Of a DNA stretch of 57,589 nt, positions 1-9,721 are shown in pieces. A program made the position numbers and the translations under genes. Location of the stretch: assembly GCA_015064345.1 (NCBI GenBank), contig SVSK01000005.1, positions 1 to 57,589 on the forward strand, in the 5' to 3' direction. This DNA comes from Oscillospiraceae bacterium (GTDB lineage: Bacteria; Bacillota; Clostridia; Oscillospirales; CAG-272). Under the pieces are notes generated by a model. It was not told where the DNA came from. It saw only the letters and a list, made by a program, of their open reading frames with translations, and did no database searches. Position 1 is the first letter of the stretch. Each line of letters begins with the position of its first letter.

Positions 1-149
1 CCGTATCCGCTATTCTCATCCCCGGCATCGGCGGTATGTCCATGGCAATCGGCGGCGATACAAAGGTGTATATTTCCAACATTGCTTGTGCTCTGATCCT
101 CGGTATCATCGTTAACGCAGTTCTTTCCAAGGGCAGACAGGCTGAATAA
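1..149 (+). CDS. 3' end of a membrane permease gene whose start lies upstream of the window. The tail resembles NCS2 uracil/xanthine permeases; the family assignment is tentative.
   Basis: Frame 3 is open from the window edge to TAA at 147-149. The tail VSAILIPGIGGMSMAIGGDTKVYISNIACALILGIIVNAVLSKGRQAE is a Gly-rich loop, a terminal TM helix and a short basic end. A strong terminator follows. Confidence 0.5.
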   Translation, partial: VSAILIPGIGGMSMAIGGDTKVYISNIACALILGIIVNAVLSKGRQAE

Positions 150-169
150 TCTCACATAACAAAAAATTT

Positions 170-200
170 ACCGCATGGCAAAACGTCATGCGGTTTTTTT
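170..200. terminator. Bidirectional rho-independent terminator between convergent genes
   Basis: Stem ACCGCATG (170-177) pairs with CATGCGGT (187-194) around a 9-nt loop. A T-run lies at 194-200 and an A-run lies upstream at 161-166. Confidence 0.8.
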
Positions 201-216
201 ATTGTCGGCAGATTAT

Positions 217-2457
217 TTAGTTAATTTCTTCAATGATCAGACGGTATTCGGAGCAATTATTAACATCTTCCCTCTCGATTTCAACGCATACGAGCCAGTC
301 AACACCAAGGTCAGCCCCAAAGTTCGGAGTTTCCATCCTAACAGTAACAATGTTCCCGCCGTCAGATGCAGCAAATTTCTCGAGGCTGACTGTTATGTCC
401 CTGTTTTCTATATAATGTCCTTGGCTGTAGTGGATCACAATGAGAGAGTTACTCTCAAACCATTCTCGGGTATATTCAGAGATCAACTCATCTATTGATT
501 CCTCGTTCCAAGTGTCAAACAGTTCGTGATAGTAAATGATGTTTTCTTTGACCGTTGCGATAAACAGCGAAAATTCTTCAAAATCAGAGAAGCAAGTCAT
601 GTTGCCGTACAGTGACTGGTTCATCTTAACGGAGAGATCAAACAACTCGTTCGGTTTGGCATCCGAACCCCACATGAATATCATATCACCGCTGACTGTG
701 TGATCGATAGGAACAATGTCAGGGCTGTTTTTCGGGATCTTTATATAATCAATTCCGTGCTCGTCGAGGTCAGATAGCGTAACTCTTTCCATGTCAAATG
801 CTTCATCAACATACTCGCAGAGGCCAAATCCCTCGGTAACGAAGTCATATCTGACATAAGTTACATCAAGAGGATCATACGAAAAGTAGCCGAAATAATA
901 TTCGTATTCTTCATCTTCGTGGAATTTCTCTCCGATGCCTTGAGCGGTATTCTGAGGCTTTACAATATCTCCGATCGCATAGAAATCTTCCTTATCGTAT
1001 GTTATCTCGAAACCATCACAACTCTGCAAATACGCTTTATTGATTTCAATAAATATGTACGTACTTGCCTCCAAAGTTGCAGGACCGTCTATAAAGAGCG
1101 AGTTAATTGACAGCGTCGTTCTGCCGTTGTCATGAGCGATGAGTGATATATCTTTGACTTCTGTTACTGCCGGTAAATTCGGCTGTCGAAGATCAAGGAG
1201 AATCAGGTCATTTGTTTTGAACCATTCCTCCGTATATACCTCAATATAATCGTTCAGATGCGCATCGCGGTTAGCGTAGAATTTGTCAAAGTCATAACGG
1301 TTTCTCTCCGCCTCTATAAACTTATTGAACCTCTCGTAGGTGGAGAAATCAATGAGCAACACATGCCCTCCGGGAAGCGATACGCTGTACTCGGCAAACT
1401 CAGAAAAGTTGTCCTGCTCATTTGTATAATATACTACGGGAACTTCGTCAAAGATCTTCACGTTATAATTTGTCAGACCAATCTTTCCTGTGCATTTCGG
1501 AATCGCATCAAAGGGTATGCCGCTTGTCTCCAGATCGGATATCTTAGCTCTGCCTGCGGCAAGTGCGTCCTTGATCCTTTCTGTAGTGTTATCGTTATAC
1601 ACCACAATCACCGCGGCCTCATAGGGTGTGTGTAGCACGTAGTAGAACGCATCGTCTTCGTAGATTGGGGCAAATGTGTCGTCGTACATCCCGCCGGGAA
1701 ACTCATTTTTCATGTACCCGAGAGCTTCAAGGTCAACTACTTCCTTTACCCCGCATTTTCCGAAATCGCTGTGAGATACTTTTATATATTCAACACCTGC
1801 AGAGTCCAAGTCGTCGAATGTCACTGTTTCTCGGGATAATGCCGAGTATGCGCTCTCGGTGTAGCCGTTCGTATAAGTCACAGTGAAGGTGTAGGATGCG
1901 TTTGGCAGAAAATATTTGAATTCGCCGTCGTCAAACAGGTTTGTCGCATATGGGGATGTGCTGTCGTTTGGCTCGTTTGATATATTGATTGATAGAATCT
2001 TGCAGTCTTTTGCATCGGGAACTCCGGCTTGTTCTGTGTAGTACAATATGCCAAAACGGTCAAGATCCTCTATTGTGATAATACCGTATTCAAGGGCGTC
2101 TATTACATAGTATGTGTCGCCGTTGTTACATTCAACAATAACATATTCACTTCTGATTGACGGGAAATAGTAATCGTTGAACTCATCCGCCCAGAACAGC
2201 TCAAGAGCGGAATCTGTAGGTATAATTTCTGTAACTGTTCTGTCGATTATGTTGGTTACTTCACATTCCACATCGGAAGAATCGGTCTCTGAATCAAGTG
2301 GTGATTGCGGTGGGTCGGTTTCTGTTTCACCTTCGATCACAGGTGGGAGAGACGGCAAATCGGTTCCCGTGTTCATTTTCTCCTCATTCGTACAGCTAAC
2401 AAGCGAGAGAGTCCACGATAACAATACAACAAATATGAGCAAAACAAATCTTTTCAT
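217..2457 (-). CDS. Large modular lipoprotein of unknown function
   Basis: The ORF runs 217-2514. I prefer the internal ATG at 2457 (MKRFVLLIFVVLLSWTLSLVSC, a lipobox LVSC) because GGAG sits 8 nt upstream. The mature protein has an acidic Pro/Thr linker followed by repeated modules (see findings). Confidence 0.8.
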   Translation of the reverse strand: MKRFVLLIFVVLLSWTLSLVSCTNEEKMNTGTDLPSLPPVIEGETETDPPQSPLDSETDSSDVECEVTNIIDRTVTEIIPTDSALELFWADEFNDYYFPSIRSEYVIVECNNGDTYYVIDALEYGIITIEDLDRFGILYYTEQAGVPDAKDCKILSINISNEPNDSTSPYATNLFDDGEFKYFLPNASYTFTVTYTNGYTESAYSALSRETVTFDDLDSAGVEYIKVSHSDFGKCGVKEVVDLEALGYMKNEFPGGMYDDTFAPIYEDDAFYYVLHTPYEAAVIVVYNDNTTERIKDALAAGRAKISDLETSGIPFDAIPKCTGKIGLTNYNVKIFDEVPVVYYTNEQDNFSEFAEYSVSLPGGHVLLIDFSTYERFNKFIEAERNRYDFDKFYANRDAHLNDYIEVYTEEWFKTNDLILLDLRQPNLPAVTEVKDISLIAHDNGRTTLSINSLFIDGPATLEASTYIFIEINKAYLQSCDGFEITYDKEDFYAIGDIVKPQNTAQGIGEKFHEDEEYEYYFGYFSYDPLDVTYVRYDFVTEGFGLCEYVDEAFDMERVTLSDLDEHGIDYIKIPKNSPDIVPIDHTVSGDMIFMWGSDAKPNELFDLSVKMNQSLYGNMTCFSDFEEFSLFIATVKENIIYYHELFDTWNEESIDELISEYTREWFESNSLIVIHYSQGHYIENRDITVSLEKFAASDGGNIVTVRMETPNFGADLGVDWLVCVEIEREDVNNCSEYRLIIEEIN

Positions 2458-2530
2458 AGTGACGCTCCTTTCTGTTCTGTTTATTTGACGATAAATGCAG
2501 AATAAAAGTTCCACAAAATAACATAATTAT

Positions 2531-2559
2531 TTGACAAACCCACCCTAAAGTGATATAAT
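2531..2559 (+). promoter_or_regulatory. Consensus sigma-A promoter for uxaB-uxaC
   Basis: TTGACA (2531-2536), a 17-nt spacer ending in TGa, then TATAAT (2554-2559), about 40 nt upstream of the uxaB ATG. Confidence 0.65.
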
Positions 2560-2598
2560 TACCGTGAAATATAATAATTTTACCTTTGGAGTACAAAA

Positions 2599-4035
2599 AT
2601 GAAACAGTTAAACAGTGTAAATTTTGAAAAGAAAACAAGACCTGTAAAAATTCTTCAGTTTGGTGAAGGTAACTTCCTTCGTGCATTCGTTGAGTGGATC
2701 ATTCAGGATATGAACGATAATGGTGTGATCGATGCAGGTGTTGCGGTAGTTCAGCCTATGCCTGTTGGCAGAGTTGAAAACCTTGAAGCGCAGAACGGTC
2801 TGTATACAGTATGCCTTGAAGGTATTGACAAGGGCGAGATCATCAAGACCCGTCAGATCATCGACGTTCTTGAAGACTTTATCAATCCTTTCACACAGTA
2901 TGACAAGTATCTCGAATACGCAAAGAGTGAAACTCTTGAGACTATCATCTCTAACACAACAGAGGCAGGTATTGCTCTGAATCCTGAAGATACTGACTTC
3001 ACAAAGTGCCCTGTAAGCTTCCCCGGAAAGCTTCTTGCGTTCCTTAAGGCGAGATACGATCACTTTAGCGGTGCTGAATCTGCCGGCCTTGCAATCATCC
3101 CCTGCGAGCTCATCGACCACAATGGCGCTGTACTGAAAGACGTTCTCAACAAGCTTGCTGTGATCTGCGGATATGATGCGGACTTCATCAACTGGATGAA
3201 TAACGCCAACCATTTCACAGAAACACTCGTTGACAGAATCGTTCCCGGTTATCCCCGTGATACAGTAGAATCTATATGGGAAGAAACAGGATTCAAGGAT
3301 GACAACGTAGTTAAGGCTGAATGCTTCCATCTGTGGGTCCTGAAGAAGGAACCTGTCGTACAGGCCCGCTTCCCTGCTGATTCCACAGGACTGAACGTAA
3401 TATTCGCTGACGATATTACTCCTTACAAGCAGCGTAAGGTTAAGATTCTCAACGGTTCTCATACCGCTATGGTTCCGATCGCTTATCTGTCCGGTATCGA
3501 CACCGTTTCCGAGAGCGTGAATGATGCTGATGTTGGAAAGTTTGTTTCAGAGCTTATTTATGACATCGTAAATCCCACAATTGATCTTCCTGCGGATCAG
3601 ATGAAGTCCTTTGCTGACAGCGTTGTTGAGAGATTCAAGAATCCCTTTATCCGCCACGAGCTTATGTCCATTTCTCTAAACTCTACAACAAAGTTTAAGA
3701 CAAGACTTCTTCCCACTTACAATGACTATATCGCAAAGTTTGGCAAGGCTCCCGCACATATTCTCTTCGCATTCGCTTCCCTGGTTGTATTTTTCAAGGG
3801 CAAGAGAGGAGAGGACAATATCGCGCTGAACGACTCTCCCGAATACCTCGAGTTTTGGACAAAGCTGTGGCAGAATGAAGATGTAAACGTTATTGCAAAG
3901 ACAGCACTTTCCGCATCTGATCTTTGGGAACAGGATCTTGCAACTGACGGAAATGTAGAGCTTGTTGCATCTTACATTAGCAACATTCTCGAGCTCGGAG
4001 AGCGTGCTGCTCTTCAGAAATTCCTTAACAAATAA
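2599..4035 (+). CDS. uxaB: Tagaturonate reductase (altronate oxidoreductase)
   Basis: The N-terminus ILQFGEGNFLRAFVEWIIQDMN matches the UxaB/mannitol dehydrogenase family signature. Length is 478 aa. GGAG RBS. It is adjacent to uxaC. Confidence 0.85.
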   Translation: MKQLNSVNFEKKTRPVKILQFGEGNFLRAFVEWIIQDMNDNGVIDAGVAVVQPMPVGRVENLEAQNGLYTVCLEGIDKGEIIKTRQIIDVLEDFINPFTQYDKYLEYAKSETLETIISNTTEAGIALNPEDTDFTKCPVSFPGKLLAFLKARYDHFSGAESAGLAIIPCELIDHNGAVLKDVLNKLAVICGYDADFINWMNNANHFTETLVDRIVPGYPRDTVESIWEETGFKDDNVVKAECFHLWVLKKEPVVQARFPADSTGLNVIFADDITPYKQRKVKILNGSHTAMVPIAYLSGIDTVSESVNDADVGKFVSELIYDIVNPTIDLPADQMKSFADSVVERFKNPFIRHELMSISLNSTTKFKTRLLPTYNDYIAKFGKAPAHILFAFASLVVFFKGKRGEDNIALNDSPEYLEFWTKLWQNEDVNVIAKTALSASDLWEQDLATDGNVELVASYISNILELGERAALQKFLNK

Positions 4036-4047
4036 AGGAGATTAATC

Positions 4048-5442
4048 ATGAAAAAGTTTATGGATAAGGATTTTATCCTTGAAACAGAAACCGCGTCAAA
4101 GCTCTATCACGAGTACGCGTCTGATATGCCTATTTTCGACTTCCACTGTCATCTCAACGTAAGCGAGATCTACGAAGATAAAAAGTTCCGCAACATAACC
4201 GAAGCTTGGCTCGGCGGTGACCACTACAAGTGGAGACTCATGAGACAGCTTGGTATTGATGAAAGCTACATTACAGGCGACAAATCCGACTGGGAAAAGT
4301 TTGAAAAATTTGCAGAGGTCATGCCTTACGCGATCGGTAATCCAATTTATCACTGGACTCATCTTGAACTCAAGAGATTCTTCGGTATTGATGATCTTCT
4401 CTCCCCCGCTACGGCAAAGAGCATTTACGACCGTTGCAACGAAAAGCTTGAAACACTCACAGCCCGTGAGCTTATCAAGATGAGCAACGTAAAGAAACTC
4501 TTTACAACAGACGACCCGATTGATGACCTTCACTTCCACAAGCTCATAGCTGAAGACGATAGCTTTGATGTAGTTGTTGGTCCAGCTTTCAGACCCGACA
4601 AGGTTATCAATATTGAACTGCCTACATTTATTCCTTATATCGAAAAGCTGGGCGAGGTTTGCGGTTTTAAGATTGAAACCATTGCCGACCTTTGCAAAGC
4701 GCTTGAGAGCCGTATCGAGTTCTTCGACTCTATGGGTTGTGTATGTTCCGACCACGCCCTTGACGTAGTTATGTACGCTCCCGCTACTGTCGCAGACTTT
4801 GAGGCTGTGTTCCAGAAAGCAATGAGCGGTAAGATGCTCACACAGCTTGAGGTTGAACAGTACAAGGGTGCAATTCTTGTATTCCTCGGCAGAGAGTACG
4901 CAAAGAGAAACTGGGTTCAGCAGTATCACATCGGTGCGCTCCGTAACAACTCAAAGCGTTACATGGGGCTCCTCGGACCTGACACAGGCTTTGATGCGAT
5001 CGAGGACCAGACCTTTGCGAAAAAGCTTTCCATGCTTCTCGACAAACTTGACAGCACCGATGAGCTTCCTAAGACAATTCTCTACTGTCTTAATCCCCGG
5101 GACAACGAGGTTCTTGCTACTATCATAAACTGCTTCCAGCAGGCGGGTACTGTCAGCAAGATGCAGTTCGGTTCCGGTTGGTGGTTCAACGACCAAAAGG
5201 ACGGCATGCAGCGTCAGCTTATGTCCCTCTCACAGGTTGCACTGCTGAGCAAGTTCGTTGGTATGCTCACCGACAGCCGCAGTTTCCTCTCTTATACTCG
5301 CCACGAGTATTTCAGACGCATTCTCTGCAACATGCTCGGCAATCTTATCGAAAACGGTGAATATCCTTGCGACATTGAGTTTGTCGGTCAGATTGTACGC
5401 GATATTTGCTACAACAACGCTGTTGCATATTTCACAAAATAA
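4048..5442 (+). CDS. uxaC: Glucuronate (uronate) isomerase
   Basis: MKKFMDKDFILETETASKLYHEYASDMPIFDFHCHL...GDHYKWRLMR matches the typical UxaC N-terminus. Length is 464 aa. AGGAG RBS. Confidence 0.9.
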   Translation: MKKFMDKDFILETETASKLYHEYASDMPIFDFHCHLNVSEIYEDKKFRNITEAWLGGDHYKWRLMRQLGIDESYITGDKSDWEKFEKFAEVMPYAIGNPIYHWTHLELKRFFGIDDLLSPATAKSIYDRCNEKLETLTARELIKMSNVKKLFTTDDPIDDLHFHKLIAEDDSFDVVVGPAFRPDKVINIELPTFIPYIEKLGEVCGFKIETIADLCKALESRIEFFDSMGCVCSDHALDVVMYAPATVADFEAVFQKAMSGKMLTQLEVEQYKGAILVFLGREYAKRNWVQQYHIGALRNNSKRYMGLLGPDTGFDAIEDQTFAKKLSMLLDKLDSTDELPKTILYCLNPRDNEVLATIINCFQQAGTVSKMQFGSGWWFNDQKDGMQRQLMSLSQVALLSKFVGMLTDSRSFLSYTRHEYFRRILCNMLGNLIENGEYPCDIEFVGQIVRDICYNNAVAYFTK

Positions 5443-5454
5443 CATACTTTTCTG

Positions 5455-5482
5455 ACTGCCTCTTAATTGGGGCAGTTTTTTA
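5455..5482 (+). terminator. Rho-independent terminator after uxaC
   Basis: ACTGCC (5455-5460) pairs with GGCAGT (5471-5476), followed by TTTTTT. Confidence 0.7.
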
Positions 5483-5606
5483 TTGAAAATTATTATATTT
5501 TTGAAATTTTGGTGGATTTTTTCAACATTATATGATATACTGTATTATGTGTAATTATATATGGATGACGAAGATCACATTTTTGCTATAGATTTTAGGA
5601 AACATT

Positions 5607-7088
5607 ATGGGGAAGAAAATTATCTTATACTTCAGTATTGCTGTTTTGATATTTATGCTGCTGACTACTGCAGTTTTTGCCGTAGAGGCTGATTATCAAT
5701 CAACATATATTCTCGCCGATAGCTTTTCAAATACAGGACTCATGTACGACGGAAGCGAACGTGACTATGCGGCTTCTTGGGGCGAATCATCCGTAACAGT
5801 CAGACGTGATGACGGTATCTCATCGCTTTACGTTGTATTTGACAGGCTTCCTCCAATATGGACTCTTACTGATACCTCAACGGGTAACAGCGTTGAATGT
5901 GGAACATATACCTTTCTTCACGAATTTGTGGATGTTGAGAGTATATTTGGCTACTGCCCCCTTGAAATTCGCTTGAGTTTTAATGAGGGTGTTCAGATTG
6001 CTGAAATGTATGGGTTTGGCGGCGGAGAGCTTCCCGACTGGGTGCAGATCTGGAAGCCTGCTTTGACGGAAGCAGATCTCTTGATGATTTCATCTCACTC
6101 CGATGATGAACAGTTATTTTTCGCAGGAGTGCTTCCCTATTATGCCGGTGAACTAGGCTTAAAAGTTCAAGTTGCTTATGTGGTAAATCATTTTGACACA
6201 AGGATGCGACCTCATGAACAGCTTGACGGTCTGTGGGAGGTTGGTGTAAGAAACTATCCTATCATTCCTGAATTTCCGGACTTGTATTCAGAGTCACTTG
6301 ATGGCGCCATCAACGCTTTTGCCGGATACGGATATTCTTTCGATGATTTCGCGGAATATATGACGGAGATTATCAGGCGGACCAAACCTCTTATAATCGT
6401 AACACACGATATTAATGGAGAATACGGTCACGGTACCCATTTGCTTTGTGTCGCTTCCCTGCGCGAATGCATTGAGAAAACTGCCGATCCCACTTATTTT
6501 GCTGAAAGTGCTGACAAATACGGCGTGTGGGATGTTGAAAAGGTTTATCTTCACCTCTATCCCGAGAATCAAATTATCATGGATTTTGATGTGCCGCTTG
6601 AAAATTTTGGTGGTAAAACTGCTTTTCAGGTATCTCAGGAAGGATTTTCTCATCACACATCGCAGCACTGGACATGGTTCTACAAATGGATGTACGGTGC
6701 AGATAAGAATCTTACTCTTGCTACGCAGATTACCACCTATTCCCCTTTGTACTACGGACTTTACAGAACAACGGTTGGATATGACGTGCTCGGCGGGGAC
6801 TTCTTCGAGAATGTTAAGACCTATGAAGAGCGATATGCAACGGTTGATATTCCCGAAACCGATGCTCCTGAGACTATCACAGAAGAGAGTGACACTGAAT
6901 TTATCCCCGATGAGCCCGCTGTTGAAACAGATGAGCCGGCTGACAATGAAAACGACAGCAATAGCACCTCAAATGACAGCGGTATTCCTTCTATAGCTGT
7001 TGTTATCGGTGCCGTCGCCATGATGGTACTGATACTAATCATTTCTACTGTTATGCTTAAAACACCAAGTCAGAAACGGAGACGCTAA
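5607..7088 (+). CDS. PIG-L/LmbE family deacetylase with an N-terminal signal/anchor and a C-terminal TM anchor
   Basis: Motifs ISSHSDDEQLFFAG and VTHDINGEYGHGTH are present. The N-terminus has a hydrophobic segment ILYFSIAVLIFMLLTTAVFA. The C-terminus has an acidic linker, then IAVVIGAVAMMVLILIISTVML, then KTPSQKRRR. Confidence 0.75.
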   Translation: MGKKIILYFSIAVLIFMLLTTAVFAVEADYQSTYILADSFSNTGLMYDGSERDYAASWGESSVTVRRDDGISSLYVVFDRLPPIWTLTDTSTGNSVECGTYTFLHEFVDVESIFGYCPLEIRLSFNEGVQIAEMYGFGGGELPDWVQIWKPALTEADLLMISSHSDDEQLFFAGVLPYYAGELGLKVQVAYVVNHFDTRMRPHEQLDGLWEVGVRNYPIIPEFPDLYSESLDGAINAFAGYGYSFDDFAEYMTEIIRRTKPLIIVTHDINGEYGHGTHLLCVASLRECIEKTADPTYFAESADKYGVWDVEKVYLHLYPENQIIMDFDVPLENFGGKTAFQVSQEGFSHHTSQHWTWFYKWMYGADKNLTLATQITTYSPLYYGLYRTTVGYDVLGGDFFENVKTYEERYATVDIPETDAPETITEESDTEFIPDEPAVETDEPADNENDSNSTSNDSGIPSIAVVIGAVAMMVLILIISTVMLKTPSQKRRR

Positions 7089-8158
7089 TGAGTATTTTTG
7101 ACAAAGTTACTATTGTTATTCCATCATACAAACCTGACGAAAAGCTTATGTCTACACTCCGAAACATAATTAGCACAGGTTTTACAGATATTATAGTTGT
7201 TGATGACGGTGGCGGAAAAAATTTCGCACACATATTCGATGAAGTGAAGCAGATTCCTGAATGTACTGTTTTGCATCATGAAGTAAACCGCGGAAAAGGA
7301 GCTGCGCTCAAAACTGCTTTTGCCTACTATCTGAATAATAGACATGATTCCATAGGCCTCGTTACGGCAGATGCGGATGGGCAGCACCTCTCTGCAGATA
7401 TTCTGCGCTGTGCTGAAGTTATGGCGGAAAGTGAAAGCATTGTTCTCGGTGTGCGCGACTTCTCACAAGAGCATGTGCCTCCAAGAAGCAAAGCAGGTAA
7501 CAGATTTACAACCGGATTTTTCAGGGTCTTCTTCGGCAAAAAGATATCCGACACGCAGACCGGACTTCGCGCTATTCCTTGGAAGTACGTCGAGCCTATC
7601 TCAAAGGTCAAGGGCGACAGATACGAATATGAGACTCATATGCTGTTTCTGATAAGCAAAGCAAAAATGCCACTATGCGAGCAAATTATTGATACGGTTT
7701 ACATCGACGATAACAGCTCCTCCCACTTCCGTGTAGTGCGTGACAGTATCAGAATCTACAAGACAGTATTATTGTTTGCGCTGTTCTCAATAATCTCTAC
7801 TATCATTGACTTGGGTTCTATACTCGGACAGAATTCAGTTTTGACCGATTCTGCACTGAATCTTTCATTCTTTGCTATAGCCGTTGTATACGCGAGAATC
7901 CTATCGGGAATAATCAATTACTTACTTAACAGAAGCTTTGTGTTTGACAAGGATGGCGGATACGGATCATTCTTCAAGTATTTTGCAGTTCTTATCCCCA
8001 TCTTTGCAGTTACAGTCGGCGCTGCATATTTCCTTGACATCTTATCAGCACCGGCTTGGCTCTCTCTCCTTGTAAAAGTGTTGTTATCTCTTCTGCTCTT
8101 CCCCCTCAGCTTCCGCTTACAACACAACTTTGTGTTCAATAAAATAGTACGTAAATAA
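7088..8158 (+). CDS. Family 2 glycosyltransferase (polyprenyl-phosphate sugar synthase type) fused to a GtrA-like membrane domain
   Basis: GT2 motifs VIPSYKPDE, VVDDGGG, TADADGQH and DTQTGLRAI are present. The C-terminal ~130 aa has four hydrophobic helices ending in NFVFNK, which is GtrA-like. The start overlaps the upstream stop as TAATG. Confidence 0.8.
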   Translation: MSIFDKVTIVIPSYKPDEKLMSTLRNIISTGFTDIIVVDDGGGKNFAHIFDEVKQIPECTVLHHEVNRGKGAALKTAFAYYLNNRHDSIGLVTADADGQHLSADILRCAEVMAESESIVLGVRDFSQEHVPPRSKAGNRFTTGFFRVFFGKKISDTQTGLRAIPWKYVEPISKVKGDRYEYETHMLFLISKAKMPLCEQIIDTVYIDDNSSSHFRVVRDSIRIYKTVLLFALFSIISTIIDLGSILGQNSVLTDSALNLSFFAIAVVYARILSGIINYLLNRSFVFDKDGGYGSFFKYFAVLIPIFAVTVGAAYFLDILSAPAWLSLLVKVLLSLLLFPLSFRLQHNFVFNKIVRK

Positions 8159-8185
8159 TCAAACATAAACATAAAGGAAATTCAA

Positions 8186-9721
8186 ATGAAAACGAAAACA
8201 AGATTATCGTTCAAATTCAAGTATCTTGTGTATGTGCTGATACTTGTTTGTCTCGCACTTCTTGCAACCGCGTATGTGTGGACTTTACTAACCGATTATG
8301 AAGACTCTCAACCGGAAAAGAAAGTTGAGTTTGTAATTTCAAATTTGAAATCTGCAGCAAAAAACGATACAATTTGGAATGAATACGCATTTCCCGAGGT
8401 TGGAGAAAGCATTTATGAAGATATTGATCTAAGATCTGTTTATGAGACTGAATTTGCTGAAGGTGATCTCACCTACAAACTCAAGCCGGGCACACTCGAT
8501 GATGACAGTCTTATTTACAGCATTCTTGACAGTGATGACAATGTTGTTGCAGAGGTTACGCTGAACAGTCTTGGTGATCCCGTGACAAAGCTTGCCGTGT
8601 TCACTATACAGGAGTGGGAAATTGCTTCTGTTGAAATCATAGCTGAAATAAAAACCTATACCATTGACGCCCCGGACGATTTTACTGTAACAGTTAACGG
8701 TATAGTCCTCGGTGACGATGTTCGCGAGAACCTCGAAGACGGAACCGCAAAGTACACCATAAGCAATGTATACGCGCTTCCTAATGTCGTAATTACCTCA
8801 CCCGAAGGCGAAACAGCTACCTATAAGGTTTCCGGCACCAAAATTTTGACAGAATACTATGACTACTCACTCACACTCCCCGCTGCTATTACTGTCTATC
8901 TTAATGGAGAACTCCATGAGGGAGAGGATCTTGGTGACGGTACTGTTAGGCACAAGATCCGTTCACTCGAGCAGCCTTACGTTGAAATTGAAGACCAAAT
9001 GGGAATAGCTATTTCTTATACCGGCGGCAACACACTCCCGCTGACATATTGCCAGATTATTGCTGATGACACCTATACGTTATCAATCAACAACATCCCC
9101 TTACCGGAATCAATGACGACAGTTTCTGATAACCCCGATTATGAGCATCTTGAGGGATTTGTCAATGATCTGCCCAAAACCGTGACATATAATATTGCAG
9201 TTCTGATGGATGAAGCACCTATAGCTGCTACTGATGCAACAGGAAAAACAATATTCATCGATCCTTCGGTATATTCACGAGACCTCACATCAACTTCAAC
9301 AGGAGCTTCCGTTCCCGAATCTATAGCTGCTGAAATTGATGTATTGGCTATTGCAAAAAAGTGGAGTTTGTTTATGTCAAAGGACCTCACCGGTACAAAC
9401 TACGGTTTCTGGGATCTGGCAAATCACCTTGTAAAGGGATCTTACCGCTATGACGTTGCCTATAAGTATGCGACAGGAATTGATATTACCTTCACAAGTA
9501 TTCACACTCTGAAAGACCCCGCATTTGTCAATGAACAAGTTACAAACTTCAGATGGATAACAGACGACTGCTTCGCAGTTGATATCAGCTTTGACAAACA
9601 AATGGTTCTCGGAGACGGGCGTGATCTTGTTGACACAATGAACAGTACCTTCTACTTTGCTAAAAATGATAAAACCGGATATACCTGGAAAATTCTTGAG
9701 ATTAAGGAGATCGTGAAGTAA
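8186..9721 (+). CDS. N-terminally anchored extracytoplasmic protein of unknown function
   Basis: 511-aa ORF with an AAAGGA RBS. It has a single N-terminal TM (YLVYVLILVCLALLATAYVW) and no motif I recognise. Confidence 0.75.
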   Translation: MKTKTRLSFKFKYLVYVLILVCLALLATAYVWTLLTDYEDSQPEKKVEFVISNLKSAAKNDTIWNEYAFPEVGESIYEDIDLRSVYETEFAEGDLTYKLKPGTLDDDSLIYSILDSDDNVVAEVTLNSLGDPVTKLAVFTIQEWEIASVEIIAEIKTYTIDAPDDFTVTVNGIVLGDDVRENLEDGTAKYTISNVYALPNVVITSPEGETATYKVSGTKILTEYYDYSLTLPAAITVYLNGELHEGEDLGDGTVRHKIRSLEQPYVEIEDQMGIAISYTGGNTLPLTYCQIIADDTYTLSINNIPLPESMTTVSDNPDYEHLEGFVNDLPKTVTYNIAVLMDEAPIAATDATGKTIFIDPSVYSRDLTSTSTGASVPESIAAEIDVLAIAKKWSLFMSKDLTGTNYGFWDLANHLVKGSYRYDVAYKYATGIDITFTSIHTLKDPAFVNEQVTNFRWITDDCFAVDISFDKQMVLGDGRDLVDTMNSTFYFAKNDKTGYTWKILEIKEIVK

